A stretch of 64,000 nt of DNA from a virus. The stretch spans positions 19,312-83,311 of the IMG/VR virus record IMGVR_UViG_3300042870_001850; one strand, 5' to 3'. Within the stretch, counting starts at the first letter, position 1. Each line of letters begins with the position of its first letter. A program made the position numbers and the translations under genes. This document shows, in pieces, positions 1-9,651 of this stretch. The notes below the pieces were generated by a model that was not told where the DNA came from, searched no databases, and worked only from the letters and a program-made list of their open reading frames with translations.

Positions 1-1605
1 AACGGCATTGCGATCAACGTCAATAACTACTTCAATAACGGAGCAAAATCCTACAACGGAGTATACGCAAACTCGTGGTCAACTTCTACTAACAACACTT
101 TTGATAACAACACGAACATCTACGCAGGCTCTGACTTCGTTATTGGAAACAACACAGTTGTAACTACTACCACTACTACTACCACTACGACAACAACAAG
201 CACTACTACTACTACTACTACTACAGTCCCAGAAGTGCCAACTGGCACGACAACAACTACCGAACCAGCGGTTGTCCCTCCTCCTGTTGAGACGATTCCA
301 ACAGAAAACACCACTGTCTCAATTCCTGAGTTAGACCCAAATCCAGTCGCAACTCCAGAACCAGAGACAACAGTTACAACAATTTCCCCAACTACTACAA
401 CCCTTATTGAAACAATATTTAACCCAGTGGAGGTAACCCCCGTTGAGACACCCACGAGCGAAGGTAACACCGAAGGTGATGGACCCGCCACCTCGATACC
501 ACAATATGCCCCAGAACAAGAGACAACAACACAAACGGATGAACCGCCGTTAGTTGTGCCAGAAGCTATACAAGATGCTGCCGACACTGCAGTTGCAGAT
601 ATTTTTGATGGACCCATGTCTAACGCAGGACTTGCAAACGCTGTTGATGATTTAGTTGCAGATGCGGAAACGCCTGAAGCACTAACCGCCGTGGTTAACT
701 CATTGCTTGACCAAGAACTAACAGACACGCAGTTCTCTACAGTAATTGATTCAGTGTTTGATGGACCTATGTCTGACGAAAACTTCTCTGCTGCAGTTGA
801 TGCTGTCTTTGCAGATACTTCAACGCTGAGCGACGAACAGTTTGACACTGCAGTGCAAGCAGTTTTTGATGGGCCTTTGTCAACCGAACAGTTTGGTGAC
901 GCTCTCGAGGCTGTCTTTAGCGAGCCAATCTCTGATGAGAAGTTTGATGCAATCATTGACGCCGTTTTGGATGAGCCACTTTCAGACGAACAGTTTGCAG
1001 AAGTTGTTGGGGTCCTTGAGTCCGACGCTGTCTCTGAAGAACAAGTAGCCGCAGCTGTTGATAGCATCTTGGAAAACGAAGTCACCGCTGAACAAGCAAC
1101 AGATCTTGCTACAAGCGAAAAAGTTTTGGAAAGCATTGATGCAGACCAAGCAGCAGAGATCTTCGATGCTGTTGCAGTTGATGAGCTGACTTCAGCAGAA
1201 GAAGCAGCACTTGTTGCAGCAGTAACAGACGCGCCAGATGAAGTAAAGAATGCATTCGAAGAAACAATTGACATCTTTGCTGAAGGCCTCGATGAGTACG
1301 TAGCTATTGGTTCTCAGGTTGACGTAGGAACACGTAGAAGCCTTATCGCAGCCTCTGCCGCAGTATCAACCCTGACAGCAGCCGGCGCGGCTGGAGCAGC
1401 ATCTGGAGGCTCTGGAGGACCATCTTCGAACGGTGGTGGCGGTAACGGCGGCGGCAATGGCGGCGGTAATGGAAACACCGAAGGCCGCAGTAAAAAAGAA
1501 GAAGAAGGCGAGCAAGAAGCCTCTGGTGAAATTGCTGGCCCAGAAGAAGACGAAAAGAAGAAACCCTTTACCCGTAATAGTATTTTCAAGTATCAGGAGA
1601 ACTAA
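1..1605 (+). CDS. Large surface/membrane-associated protein (5'-truncated): Asn-rich region, poly-Thr/Pro linker, acidic ~17-aa helical repeats
   Basis: Frame of ORF 235..1605 is open back to base 1 (NGIAINVNNYFNNG...TTTTTTT). Repeats such as SDEQFDTAVQAVFDGPL; Gly-rich stretch near the C-terminus. Confidence 0.75.
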   Translation, partial: NGIAINVNNYFNNGAKSYNGVYANSWSTSTNNTFDNNTNIYAGSDFVIGNNTVVTTTTTTTTTTTTSTTTTTTTTVPEVPTGTTTTTEPAVVPPPVETIPTENTTVSIPELDPNPVATPEPETTVTTISPTTTTLIETIFNPVEVTPVETPTSEGNTEGDGPATSIPQYAPEQETTTQTDEPPLVVPEAIQDAADTAVADIFDGPMSNAGLANAVDDLVADAETPEALTAVVNSLLDQELTDTQFSTVIDSVFDGPMSDENFSAAVDAVFADTSTLSDEQFDTAVQAVFDGPLSTEQFGDALEAVFSEPISDEKFDAIIDAVLDEPLSDEQFAEVVGVLESDAVSEEQVAAAVDSILENEVTAEQATDLATSEKVLESIDADQAAEIFDAVAVDELTSAEEAALVAAVTDAPDEVKNAFEETIDIFAEGLDEYVAIGSQVDVGTRRSLIAASAAVSTLTAAGAAGAASGGSGGPSSNGGGGNGGGNGGGNGNTEGRSKKEEEGEQEASGEIAGPEEDEKKKPFTRNSIFKYQEN

Positions 1606-1607
1606 CC

Positions 1608-1805
1608 ATGAAAAGAAAATTCAGCCCCATTGGATTCATCAAGAAGTTTGCAGACGAGACAGCCGCTTTGGCTTTCACGCTTGCAGGAAGCACCGTTGTG
1701 TTTGTCACCCTCTCGGGTCAAACACGCAAGATTGCTATCATTGCAACAGGAGTAGCTCTTCTTGTTCATTACATCCGTGTAATGGCCAAGAACGATATGG
1801 ACTAA
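1608..1805 (+). CDS. Small two-TM membrane protein
   Basis: SD-like AGGAGA upstream; two hydrophobic segments (LAFTLAGSTVVFVTL, IAIIATGVALLVHYI). Confidence 0.7.
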   Translation: MKRKFSPIGFIKKFADETAALAFTLAGSTVVFVTLSGQTRKIAIIATGVALLVHYIRVMAKNDMD

Positions 1806-1814
1806 AATACAGCC

Positions 1815-2225
1815 ATGTATGAATACCATGTAAAGAAAGTCACCAAGATCGTTGACGGTGACACCATCGATGTTGAAATAGATCTTGGATTTGACATTTC
1901 ATTCTCGTCTCGAGTTCGCCTTGCTGGTATTGACACCCCTGAGTCACGCACAAAAGACTTAGCAGAAAAAACTCTTGGCCTTGAAGTAAAAGACAAGCTA
2001 AAGCATCTTATTGAAGGTGCTAAATCAATTGTAATTAAGACAGAAAAGATGGACAGCTCAGAGAAGTACGGCCGTATCCTCGGCTGGCTCTATCTTGACG
2101 GTGCAGAGACTTCTGTCAACGAAGCTCTTATCGCTGGAGGGTACGCATGGGGCTACATGGGCGATACCAAAGTAAAAGACTTTGAAGCTCTTCGCGCTCA
2201 GCGAATCAAAAGCGGCACAGCGTAA
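1815..2225 (+). CDS. Thermonuclease (SNase-like)
   Basis: VDGDTID, RVRLAGIDTPE, KYGRILG and VNEALIAGGYA motifs. Confidence 0.9.
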   Translation: MYEYHVKKVTKIVDGDTIDVEIDLGFDISFSSRVRLAGIDTPESRTKDLAEKTLGLEVKDKLKHLIEGAKSIVIKTEKMDSSEKYGRILGWLYLDGAETSVNEALIAGGYAWGYMGDTKVKDFEALRAQRIKSGTA

Positions 2226-2288
2226 ATCGTTGTATTGACGCAGTTGAAGAATGCCCAAGAGAATGCATTTTTATAGAGCCCTGAGGCG

Positions 2289-2303
2289 TATAATAAATGT
2301 ATG
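2289..2303 (+). promoter_or_regulatory. Leaderless promoter (representative of about 10 in the window)
   Basis: TATAAT-aaatgt-ATG; same geometry at 1803, 3010, 14541, 22868, 35436 (+) and 6034, 9649, 11401, 14486 (-). Confidence 0.7.
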
Positions 2304-2975
2304 GCAAAACCACGCGTAATCATTCTAGCCGCTGGCGATGGCGAACGCTGGAAAAACTTTCGTGGCACGCCAAAGCACCTAACAAAGGTTGAAAACAAAG
2401 TTCTGCTAGAGCGCACATGTGAGCAGTTCTTAAAGTACACCGACGATGTCTGTGTTATCGGATTAGATAACAGGTACCAAGTTGAAGGTACAAGTCTTTA
2501 TGTCATCAAGGCGCAGAACACTCACTGGAAAGACGCATCAAAGTTCTTGTCATCTAAGAATCTGTGGCTGAGAGATGGCAGAACAATTCTTGTCTTTGGC
2601 GATGTCTACTTTACTAGCGAAGCTGTCAAGACAATCATGAAGAACAATGACCCATTCAAGTTCTTCTTACGCACTGGTCCAAATGAACAAACAGGCGCTC
2701 GCTGGAAAGAAATCTTTGCGCTGTCGTTTGATCAAACAATGGCGCCAAAGATCGGGCAGAACCTTTTGTATCTGACATCGAGGGGTCAGGTAGACATTCA
2801 AGCAGGCTGGGCACTGTACCGCTATATGATTGGCACAACAGCAAACGGTCTATTTAACAATCCTTATTTCATCGAGATCAACGACTGGACAGAAGACTTT
2901 GACTTCCCAGAAGATCTTGAAATCTGGGAAGCGCATCGCGCTCGTCGGGCTGAAAACGCAGCTAAACTCGCGTAG
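2301..2975 (+). CDS. NTP-transferase / sugar-nucleotidyltransferase-like protein (GT-A fold)
   Basis: IILAAGDGERW...PKHL, LVFGDVYF, DFDFPED. Confidence 0.75.
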   Translation: MAKPRVIILAAGDGERWKNFRGTPKHLTKVENKVLLERTCEQFLKYTDDVCVIGLDNRYQVEGTSLYVIKAQNTHWKDASKFLSSKNLWLRDGRTILVFGDVYFTSEAVKTIMKNNDPFKFFLRTGPNEQTGARWKEIFALSFDQTMAPKIGQNLLYLTSRGQVDIQAGWALYRYMIGTTANGLFNNPYFIEINDWTEDFDFPEDLEIWEAHRARRAENAAKLA

Positions 2976-3022
2976 CCAACCAGTCTACGCTGGCCACGTT
3001 GCTAGCAGATATAGTTGCGTAC

Positions 3023-3703
3023 ATGAACTTAAACCTCAATACGTGGCAAAGCGACGGTGTAGTGATTGTTCGCGGTCTCGCAGAAGAACACCTTATGACT
3101 GCGTACGAGGATTTATTCTTGGCAGAGCACACAGATACCAGCGGAAACATTAACTATTTAGGGTGGCTTGAGCAAGATCCGCATCTTGGCCGAAAAGAAA
3201 TACTTGATCTTTTTTGCACAGGCAGCATCGCAGAAAGTGCAAATCAAATAAGTAACACTGTAACTCTTCAGTCAGTTCTTACAACATGGATTTCTCCTGA
3301 ACTGCGATGGCACCAAGACATTAGAGTGTCTTTCCCTGACAAAAACCCACGGTACTTTGGCGCATGGGTTGCATTAGACAGAATAACAGTAGAATCAGGA
3401 CCTTTTTCAGCAGTACCAGGATCTCATCTGTGGGATTTTGACATAGAAGAATTACACAAAAGCACAGCAAATTACTATGAAGAACGGTTCTTTGAAGAGC
3501 AGATTGTTGCAAGAGCAGCAGAACCGCTAGTCTGTCTTCTTGATCGAGGCGATGTTGTGTTCTGGGGCGGATACACTGTCCATTCCGCTATGTGGGCAGC
3601 TCCTGGTGCAACGCGCAAGTGCGTGATTGGCCACTACGCTGAGCCAGAAGACAAGCCCGTTGTAAAACACGGAATCGGGTCATACTTAAGTTTCAACAGA
3701 TAG
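3023..3703 (+). CDS. PhyH-family 2OG-Fe(II) dioxygenase
   Basis: WHQD, GAWVALD...SGPFSAVPGSHLW, GDVVFW..TVH..R. Start placed at ATG 3023, behind a TATAGT box. Confidence 0.85.
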   Translation: MNLNLNTWQSDGVVIVRGLAEEHLMTAYEDLFLAEHTDTSGNINYLGWLEQDPHLGRKEILDLFCTGSIAESANQISNTVTLQSVLTTWISPELRWHQDIRVSFPDKNPRYFGAWVALDRITVESGPFSAVPGSHLWDFDIEELHKSTANYYEERFFEEQIVARAAEPLVCLLDRGDVVFWGGYTVHSAMWAAPGATRKCVIGHYAEPEDKPVVKHGIGSYLSFNR

Positions 3704-3789
3704 TTTTTTGCTGATCACACTTTTTAATTTATCGTTGTTATAATCGCAACTGTACATGTGTAACCACACATTAGATCTACAGGAGCAAA

Positions 3790-4269
3790 ATGACAAAGTC
3801 GGAATTAGTAACGCAGTACGCAGAGAAGATTAAACCGCTACTGCCACTTGCAAAGAAAGCCTATGGCTCAAGGACACAGGTAACGCCCGCGCACATAGCA
3901 AGCCAAGAGTACACGCAGTTACTTGTTGCGTTTGCAGAGCAAGGCGGAAGTCTATTACAGCTAGCAAAAGAACTTGATGTTGCGTACTCCGGTATGCGTC
4001 GTCGCATCTTCACGTCTGGCACAACACTTCCGTCAAACGCGCAGACAAAGCGCAGACTGACACCAGATCAAATCAATGAAGCAGTACTTCGCGTAGCTAC
4101 TGCTAAGAGTAAAGGCACCCAAGAGTATCATGCGCAATTGTCGTATGAATACTACGAAACAGGTGTATCACTCGGTGCACTTGCTAAAGGTCTTGGCATC
4201 ACAAATGCAGCACCGCTATATTACGGAATCAACCGACACTCAATGCGACAGGCGAATCAGCTGTCATGA
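3790..4269 (+). CDS. Putative HTH DNA-binding protein with internal duplication
   Basis: SD AGGAG; two similar segments (GGSLLQLAKELDV and GVSLGALAKGLGI). Confidence 0.55.
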   Translation: MTKSELVTQYAEKIKPLLPLAKKAYGSRTQVTPAHIASQEYTQLLVAFAEQGGSLLQLAKELDVAYSGMRRRIFTSGTTLPSNAQTKRRLTPDQINEAVLRVATAKSKGTQEYHAQLSYEYYETGVSLGALAKGLGITNAAPLYYGINRHSMRQANQLS

Positions 4270-4433
4270 TGCCGCAGACAGCTCATGGAAATAAAGAAAG
4301 AGCAATAGTACGCGCACTAACAAGTCGTGGAGTTGTTCTATGGGACGGAATTCCCGAGCGTATTATTGAAGAACTACACAACAGCGGCTATAAAATCAAA
4401 AAGCGTAAAAGAGTAAAAAGAAAACAAACATGA
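4266..4433 (+). CDS. Small basic hypothetical protein (55 aa)
   Basis: Manual translation MMPQTAHGNKERAIVRAL...KRKQT; ATGA overlaps at both ends. Confidence 0.55.
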   Translation: MMPQTAHGNKERAIVRALTSRGVVLWDGIPERIIEELHNSGYKIKKRKRVKRKQT

Positions 4434-4513
4434 GTACGCTCCTATACAACATCGCAGGCTGCGTCGTCCTTGTCGGAATCGTTTGGATGTTCTGGTGGAC
4501 AAGACCAAAATGA
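4430..4513 (+). CDS. Tiny single-TM peptide (27 aa)
   Basis: MSTLLYNIAGCVVLVGIVWMFWWTRPK; ATGA coupling on both sides. Confidence 0.5.
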   Translation: MSTLLYNIAGCVVLVGIVWMFWWTRPK

Positions 4514-4653
4514 AAGACCAAGACCTCGTGCAGCGGCTGCTCTCCGCGTATGATGACATGCGCACAGGCTCTCGTAGCGATCTAAAAGATGCCGCTGATG
4601 AAATAACTACACTTCGCAAGAAACTAAAAGAATGCGAGAATCGCAATGAATGA
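4510..4653 (+). CDS. Small coiled-coil hypothetical protein (47 aa)
   Basis: MKDQDLVQRLL...DAADEITTLRKKL, a typical small-phage-gene pattern; translationally coupled. Confidence 0.55.
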   Translation: MKDQDLVQRLLSAYDDMRTGSRSDLKDAADEITTLRKKLKECENRNE

Positions 4654-5026
4654 ATACCAATCTCTAGCGCCATACATGCTCGAAAAGGATCCTGGTTACA
4701 GGATTGACTGCGGCCCCGGCTGGAAAGCGATTGTGCTTGACTGCCATGAGAAACTTTTAGCAATAGACCCAGACTATAAGATTTTGCAAATCAAGCAAAA
4801 GTTTAATGGACTGCGGTACTACTTTGCGTCAGACAGCGATAGGAAACAAGAGATGCTTGCAATCACTCAGAAGTATGAAACGCTGTCATTTAGTATTGAC
4901 GAACAGACAGGCGCACAGGTTGCACCAAAAGATCCTGACTCAGAAATAGAACGCTTAAACGTAGTAATCATAAATAAGACTGCCGACAATCAGTACTACC
5001 AAGCACTGCAGCGGGAGACTTACTAA
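4646..5026 (+). CDS. Conserved phage hypothetical protein
   Basis: DCGPGW...QIKQKFNGLRYY motif, familiar from phage hypothetical proteins. Confidence 0.7.
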   Translation: MNEYQSLAPYMLEKDPGYRIDCGPGWKAIVLDCHEKLLAIDPDYKILQIKQKFNGLRYYFASDSDRKQEMLAITQKYETLSFSIDEQTGAQVAPKDPDSEIERLNVVIINKTADNQYYQALQRETY

Positions 5027-5229
5027 TGATGTACCCAATCGTTTACATTTTTGGACTTTTCTCCGGATACCTTTTCTACTATTGGTGGATTAAGCCAGAC
5101 ATTAACGAACTAAAAGCAAAAGTAAGAAAGCACGAAGCACTTCGGGAAGCACGTCTACAGCGCGGAATAGATTTACTAAGAAAGACTAGAGCTCTGCAAG
5201 GAATAGATATAGATGGTGACGATGCCTGA
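5026..5229 (+). CDS. Small membrane-anchored hypothetical protein
   Basis: N-terminal hydrophobic helix; TAATG coupling. Confidence 0.6.
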   Translation: MMYPIVYIFGLFSGYLFYYWWIKPDINELKAKVRKHEALREARLQRGIDLLRKTRALQGIDIDGDDA

Positions 5230-5521
5230 TTTTTACGAAATGCGTAAAGCAGTGCTAAACGCAGACAAACGCTTTATCTTTGAAAATAATGTCTCTGAAC
5301 GTCTAAACAAAGAATACAAAGTTGAAATGAACTACACAAATATATACAGAACAGTCTATGAATCGCTAAAGCGTGATAGGTATAAGCACGAAGAGTTACA
5401 CTCGGCTTCAATAAGAATCACAGACGCTATATGGGAACTGCTCATTATGTGCAAAGAAGACAACGGCCTGCCTGAGACTGCAGGAACAATTGTTGACTCA
5501 GTTCTGAAGATTCTTAACTGA
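5222..5521 (+). CDS. Hypothetical protein
   Basis: ORF continuing the operon; ATG at 5222 overlaps the previous gene. Confidence 0.55.
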   Translation: MPDFYEMRKAVLNADKRFIFENNVSERLNKEYKVEMNYTNIYRTVYESLKRDRYKHEELHSASIRITDAIWELLIMCKEDNGLPETAGTIVDSVLKILN

Positions 5522-5800
5522 CCTCTGCCGCCTAGCGCGGTCTCTACGATGCAGCACCGGATCTTTCAGATATCCAATAGCGTATCTTTGATCCTCGGAC
5601 TCGCCACCCCAAAAACCGTGCTCACCGTTCCTACGCGCGTACTCTCTACATTCATATGCAACAGTGCACTTCGCGCATATAGCCGCGGCTTTCTTTTCTT
5701 TCAAACGTTTGTCTACTGGCTTGTCAGTTGTGTCCGCAAAGAACAACTTAGACTGTCCCTTGCAGTTAGCTTCTTCAAACCACTCAATGTCATTGTCCAT
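5498..5800 (-). CDS. whiB: WhiB-family Fe-S transcription regulator
   Basis: W..ANC..LFF...ICAKCTVAYECREYA...GFWGGESEDQR; four Cys plus the G[FV]WGG turn. Confidence 0.9.
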   Translation of the reverse strand: MDNDIEWFEEANCKGQSKLFFADTTDKPVDKRLKEKKAAAICAKCTVAYECREYARRNGEHGFWGGESEDQRYAIGYLKDPVLHRRDRARRQRSVKNLQN

Positions 5801-5815
5801 CGTTCGTATGTTTTG

Positions 5816-5837
5816 CATGATACAAAATTGTATCATG
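5816..5837. promoter_or_regulatory. Palindromic operator-like site upstream of whiB
   Basis: CATGATACAA-AA-TTGTATCATG, perfect 10-bp arms. Confidence 0.45.
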
Positions 5838-5866
5838 GTGACTTACTAAAATGAAGTTGAATGATC

Positions 5867-6022
5867 TTAATTATTAGTTAGTTTTTGTCTAACATCAAGA
5901 AGTAAGTCTGATATTTCAGATGCAGATACAAGAGTAGCATTTAACATATGAGAAAGCGCTTCGTCAATAATTAGTATAGCAGAGTTAATGCACTCTTCAG
6001 CTTCAGCGCTAATTGTCATCAT
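5867..6022 (-). CDS. Small hypothetical protein (51 aa), leaderless
   Basis: MMTISAEAEECINSAILIIDEALSHML...; TAGAAT 6 nt upstream of the ATG. Confidence 0.6.
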   Translation of the reverse strand: MMTISAEAEECINSAILIIDEALSHMLNATLVSASEISDLLLDVRQKLTNN

Positions 6023-6038
6023 AGTAGCATTCTACTAC

Positions 6039-6278
6039 TTACGCTTGCTTTTTCTCTACCTTTGCAAAGACAGCATTGATTTCTGCAACTGACAATTTGC
6101 CGTCATCCAAGAATGCGCGACTGAGTCCTTCGACAACAACTGCGACTCCTGCAATGCCTGCCATAAAGCACGCTTTATACAAAGGCACTCCTGCAATTGC
6201 ACCAGCGCCAATGACGCCTAAACCACTTGCAGCGAATGTAGCAACAATTCGCAACACGATATTCTTAACTTGTTCCAT
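6039..6278 (-). CDS. Small two-TM protein (holin-like)
   Basis: Two hydrophobic helices, charged C-terminus, SD AGGAG. Confidence 0.6.
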   Translation of the reverse strand: MEQVKNIVLRIVATFAASGLGVIGAGAIAGVPLYKACFMAGIAGVAVVVEGLSRAFLDDGKLSVAEINAVFAKVEKKQA

Positions 6279-6329
6279 GACCTCTCCTAGAGAATTCGCC
6301 CTCTCCAGGATATGGTCATTCTATCGCAT

Positions 6330-8375
6330 CTATTGGTTGTTCTTTATGAGCTTAATCTCACAAGCATCAGTTGTGCAGTACGCTTCTCCAATAGCATCGG
6401 CAGCCAGTCCACCATAGACTCCAGAGAAATCAATTGGGAAGAGTTTCATTGTCGCATCTGTGTATTCTTCTTCAGTGATCTGCGTGTATGGCATTTGCGG
6501 ATAAGTGAAGTTGCCCGAAGGTAAAAACGAAACAGTCTTAAGCTGGCCGTCATACATATGCAATACAGTCCCCACATGTTCTGACTCCGTCTCTGGATCA
6601 AATGAAATAGTTACCGATACAGAGTTGTCTGACCAGTACCGCTGAGCAACAGCAGCAAGTGACATCTTCTCAAAGATTGTTACATCGCGCTCTGCACGCT
6701 CTGCATCAGACTTAATTGGAAAGAACACAACGCTTGTTGTATCTGGCGACTCTGACGCCGGTTCAACTCGGTAGTTAGCCATCTTAAATAGTGGCAACAT
6801 TGGATCCTCGTTTGAAAAACGAATTGCACGGTTGAAGTACTTACCACCTGGAGTCCAGTGAACTCCTGGTGACTCACCAGCAAGAATTGAAACAGTACCT
6901 GATGGCTTGACTGTTGTCATCTTGATTGACTCACGAATACCTAACCACTCAGAATAGATGTTGTCATAATTCTTAATCGTGTTGTATCCAGTATCCATCC
7001 ACTCGCGAAGAACTGGCAGACCGACACGGTCAGCAAAGTTAGCAACACCTGACATTGAAGTCCCAATGCGACGGTTTCGTTGCATGATTGCGTTTGTCTC
7101 TTCCCAGTGCGTCGGCAACAGCGTAACCGTCTTAGCATACAGATACGCAAACTTAAGTGTGCGCTTGTAGTCTTCAAGACTCTCATGACGGTTTAGATAC
7201 GTTTCAACAAGTGTGCAACACTCGTATGACTCAAGTGACTGCTCTGCACAAGGATTGTATCCAGCAACGCGCCAGTCCTTGTTGTTAGCAGGATCAGCAA
7301 GTCGTCCATACTCGCGTGACATGTCTAACCAAACAACACCAGGCTCACCATTGAGCGCGATGCCTTCAACAATTCCCGACAAATCTCTACCAACACTTGT
7401 TTTGACAGAGTTGTTTGACATCCAACCCCACCCTTGCGAATCAGCATCATATGAGTTGCGCTCTGGAAACTTCTCTATGTTCTTAAGATTCAAGAAGTCT
7501 TGATCGTCAAGGCGGCCAAGTAGCAACTCAGCAGAACGACGCACGTTACCAGATACTACGCACACTCCGATGAGGTTTCCAATATCAGCAATATCAACGC
7601 GGGTAAGTTTTTGTCCAGCACGTCCATTGAATGTACGGCGAATATGATTATGCAGTTTTTCAAGTGGCTCGTGTCCAGCAGCGGTTCCACCAAATGTTGT
7701 AATAGGCGCTCCGAGCGGGCGAACCAGGCTGTAGTCAAACTTAATTGTATTCTGTTCAGGCTTTAAGTAAGAGTTAATTAGATGAGTCATTGACTCAACC
7801 CAACCTTCACGAGTGTCAGGCACTTCGTAAACATAAACTGCAAGAGAGTTTGGCTCGTGAATCGTGAAGTCTTTATCTGCGCCAAGATCATCAAAGCCAA
7901 CACCAACACCAAGCATTGACGCTTCCATTAAAAAACCAAACGGCTTAGCAGGATTGTTCTTTGTCATCTCTGCAGTAGAAACAAATGCGCAGTTTTGCAA
8001 TGCAGCAGAGTTTCTGTGTTTGTTAACGAGCTCTGTTCCCATAATCCAAAGTCCACGACCGGGCGGCGTCCACTTCAAATTAAACAAGCGATCAAAAGCT
8101 TCCTTTGCACTTGCTTGTGCCTTAGAGTCATTCCATGGAAGACGACTAGTTTTGCAATGATCTTTCTGCAAAGAATACATTCCATTGATAACTCGCTCAC
8201 AAACATCTGCCCAAGTTTCTTTTGTACCATCTTCTTTTAGACGAGAATACGTTCTTAAGAAAGTAATTTCTCCTACGGAGTTTCCTCCCGCGTCTCTGTA
8301 TCCAAATGGCGCAAACTTATCTTTGTACCCGGAAACGAAGTCGTCAGTAAGACGGAAAGAGAATAAAGAAGACAC
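6330..8375 (-). CDS. nrdJ: Class II (adenosylcobalamin-dependent) ribonucleotide reductase, monomeric RTPR type
   Basis: RTYSR, PPGRGLW, NCAF, GNVRRSA, NPCAE, TTVKPSGT, C-terminal CTTDAC. Confidence 0.93.
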   Translation of the reverse strand: MSSLFSFRLTDDFVSGYKDKFAPFGYRDAGGNSVGEITFLRTYSRLKEDGTKETWADVCERVINGMYSLQKDHCKTSRLPWNDSKAQASAKEAFDRLFNLKWTPPGRGLWIMGTELVNKHRNSAALQNCAFVSTAEMTKNNPAKPFGFLMEASMLGVGVGFDDLGADKDFTIHEPNSLAVYVYEVPDTREGWVESMTHLINSYLKPEQNTIKFDYSLVRPLGAPITTFGGTAAGHEPLEKLHNHIRRTFNGRAGQKLTRVDIADIGNLIGVCVVSGNVRRSAELLLGRLDDQDFLNLKNIEKFPERNSYDADSQGWGWMSNNSVKTSVGRDLSGIVEGIALNGEPGVVWLDMSREYGRLADPANNKDWRVAGYNPCAEQSLESYECCTLVETYLNRHESLEDYKRTLKFAYLYAKTVTLLPTHWEETNAIMQRNRRIGTSMSGVANFADRVGLPVLREWMDTGYNTIKNYDNIYSEWLGIRESIKMTTVKPSGTVSILAGESPGVHWTPGGKYFNRAIRFSNEDPMLPLFKMANYRVEPASESPDTTSVVFFPIKSDAERAERDVTIFEKMSLAAVAQRYWSDNSVSVTISFDPETESEHVGTVLHMYDGQLKTVSFLPSGNFTYPQMPYTQITEEEYTDATMKLFPIDFSGVYGGLAADAIGEAYCTTDACEIKLIKNNQ

Positions 8376-8413
8376 GGGCCCACCTAGCGTTTTATACGAT
8401 TGTTGAAACCAAA

Positions 8414-8647
8414 TTATACTTGGTCATGGCCTGCTTCAGACAATCGAGAGTGTATCTCTCTGCATGAAGGACAGACTTGAAAATCATCTGGTGCACGACT
8501 TGGCACCCATATTTTTCCGCATAAAGCTATAACAGGTACACCTTCAACAAATGCTCTTGTTATTTCTTCTTTTTCAACATAGTGAGCAAATCTGTCATGA
8601 TCACCATTTATAGTAGAATGACCAGGTTTAAGAAAAGTGTCAGACAT
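8414..8647 (-). CDS. DUF3039-family protein (actinobacterial)
   Basis: GDHDRFAHYV...G.PVIALCGKIWVPSRAP...VCPSC. Confidence 0.85.
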   Translation of the reverse strand: MSDTFLKPGHSTINGDHDRFAHYVEKEEITRAFVEGVPVIALCGKIWVPSRAPDDFQVCPSCREIHSRLSEAGHDQV

Positions 8648-8828
8648 CTTTTTCTTCAAGTTCTCTTTGTTTATTTTTTCTGTGGTGTCTTTCCATACTC
8701 ATATAGTGCGTAGCCAAAACAAGCACAACTCCACCAGCAAATTGCAAGTGCCAGCGAAACGATGCCCAACCTTCCGGCGTATTAGGAAGATATGTGTTGT
8801 CTGTTCTATATTCAAATCCACGCGACAT
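8640..8828 (-). CDS. Small membrane protein
   Basis: Single hydrophobic segment; fills the gap in the operon. Confidence 0.5.
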   Translation of the reverse strand: MSRGFEYRTDNTYLPNTPEGWASFRWHLQFAGGVVLVLATHYMSMERHHRKNKQRELEEKDV

Positions 8829-8842
8829 CTAAAGATTCCTAG

Positions 8843-9637
8843 CTACGCCTGGCAAGTTGGGCACCAATAGAGCTGCCGACCTGACAAATCTTGTGTCTGT
8901 ACGGACGTAGAACAGATACGGCACGGCGCTGCAGTGCGCTTATAGACATAGCTATTCTGCGAGTGGCCACGAGTCTCGAGCTCGTTACACGTCATATGTT
9001 CTGGCTTCACAGTCTTAATTTTACCATCAACTGCGCCATCACTCAGAAGACGAACTGAATTGGCCCATATTTCATCAAACTTGCCTCTAGTAACTTGCAT
9101 TCCAAGTGTGAATGGTGATAGATTAGAGAGAAATAGCAATTCCGCTCGGTACACATTTCCGATGCCAGCAATGACTGCTTGATCCATTAGTAACGCGCCA
9201 ATAGTTTTAGAGCTCTTATGAATCTTTGCCCAAGCTTTTTCGGGATCAGCATCATCGCGCAGCGGGTCTGGTCCAAGTTTTGCTACTGTCTTTGCAAGAT
9301 CGTCAAATGTGACCAGAGCGCACCTTGTGGGCCCTCGAAGACACGACAAGTACTCATCATTAGCAATTCGCAAACGAACTGAATCTTTAGGCACTTGCCC
9401 TTTGTTTTTGTAAAGGTCAAACCAACCATACAAACCAAGATGAATATGAATAGCTAATTCATCAAAGTGCAAAAACAAATGCTTGCCATATGCAGATGTA
9501 TCAGTCATTAGTCTGCCGTCTAATAGTGTAGCCTCTTCAGAGAAACGACCCTGCGGGCTTGAAGCTTCTACAATAGTTCCAGCAAAAGCATGATGATGTA
9601 AACTGGCAAAGTGTCGTATGGAGTGTCCTTCTGGCAT
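8843..9637 (-). CDS. nei: Fpg/Nei-family DNA glycosylase
   Basis: N-terminal PEGH, HLGLYG, H2TH (LMDQAVIAGIGNVYRAE), C-terminal CxxC...CPTCQ zinc finger. Confidence 0.92.
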   Translation of the reverse strand: MPEGHSIRHFASLHHHAFAGTIVEASSPQGRFSEEATLLDGRLMTDTSAYGKHLFLHFDELAIHIHLGLYGWFDLYKNKGQVPKDSVRLRIANDEYLSCLRGPTRCALVTFDDLAKTVAKLGPDPLRDDADPEKAWAKIHKSSKTIGALLMDQAVIAGIGNVYRAELLFLSNLSPFTLGMQVTRGKFDEIWANSVRLLSDGAVDGKIKTVKPEHMTCNELETRGHSQNSYVYKRTAAPCRICSTSVQTQDLSGRQLYWCPTCQA

Positions 9638-9651
9638 AGCTATATAATAAC

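Noticed and set aside
120-1274. 384-aa minus-strand ORF and many other antisense ORFs in the track
   Set aside because: These are shadows of low-complexity or codon-biased genes on the opposite strand, with no motifs or start signals.
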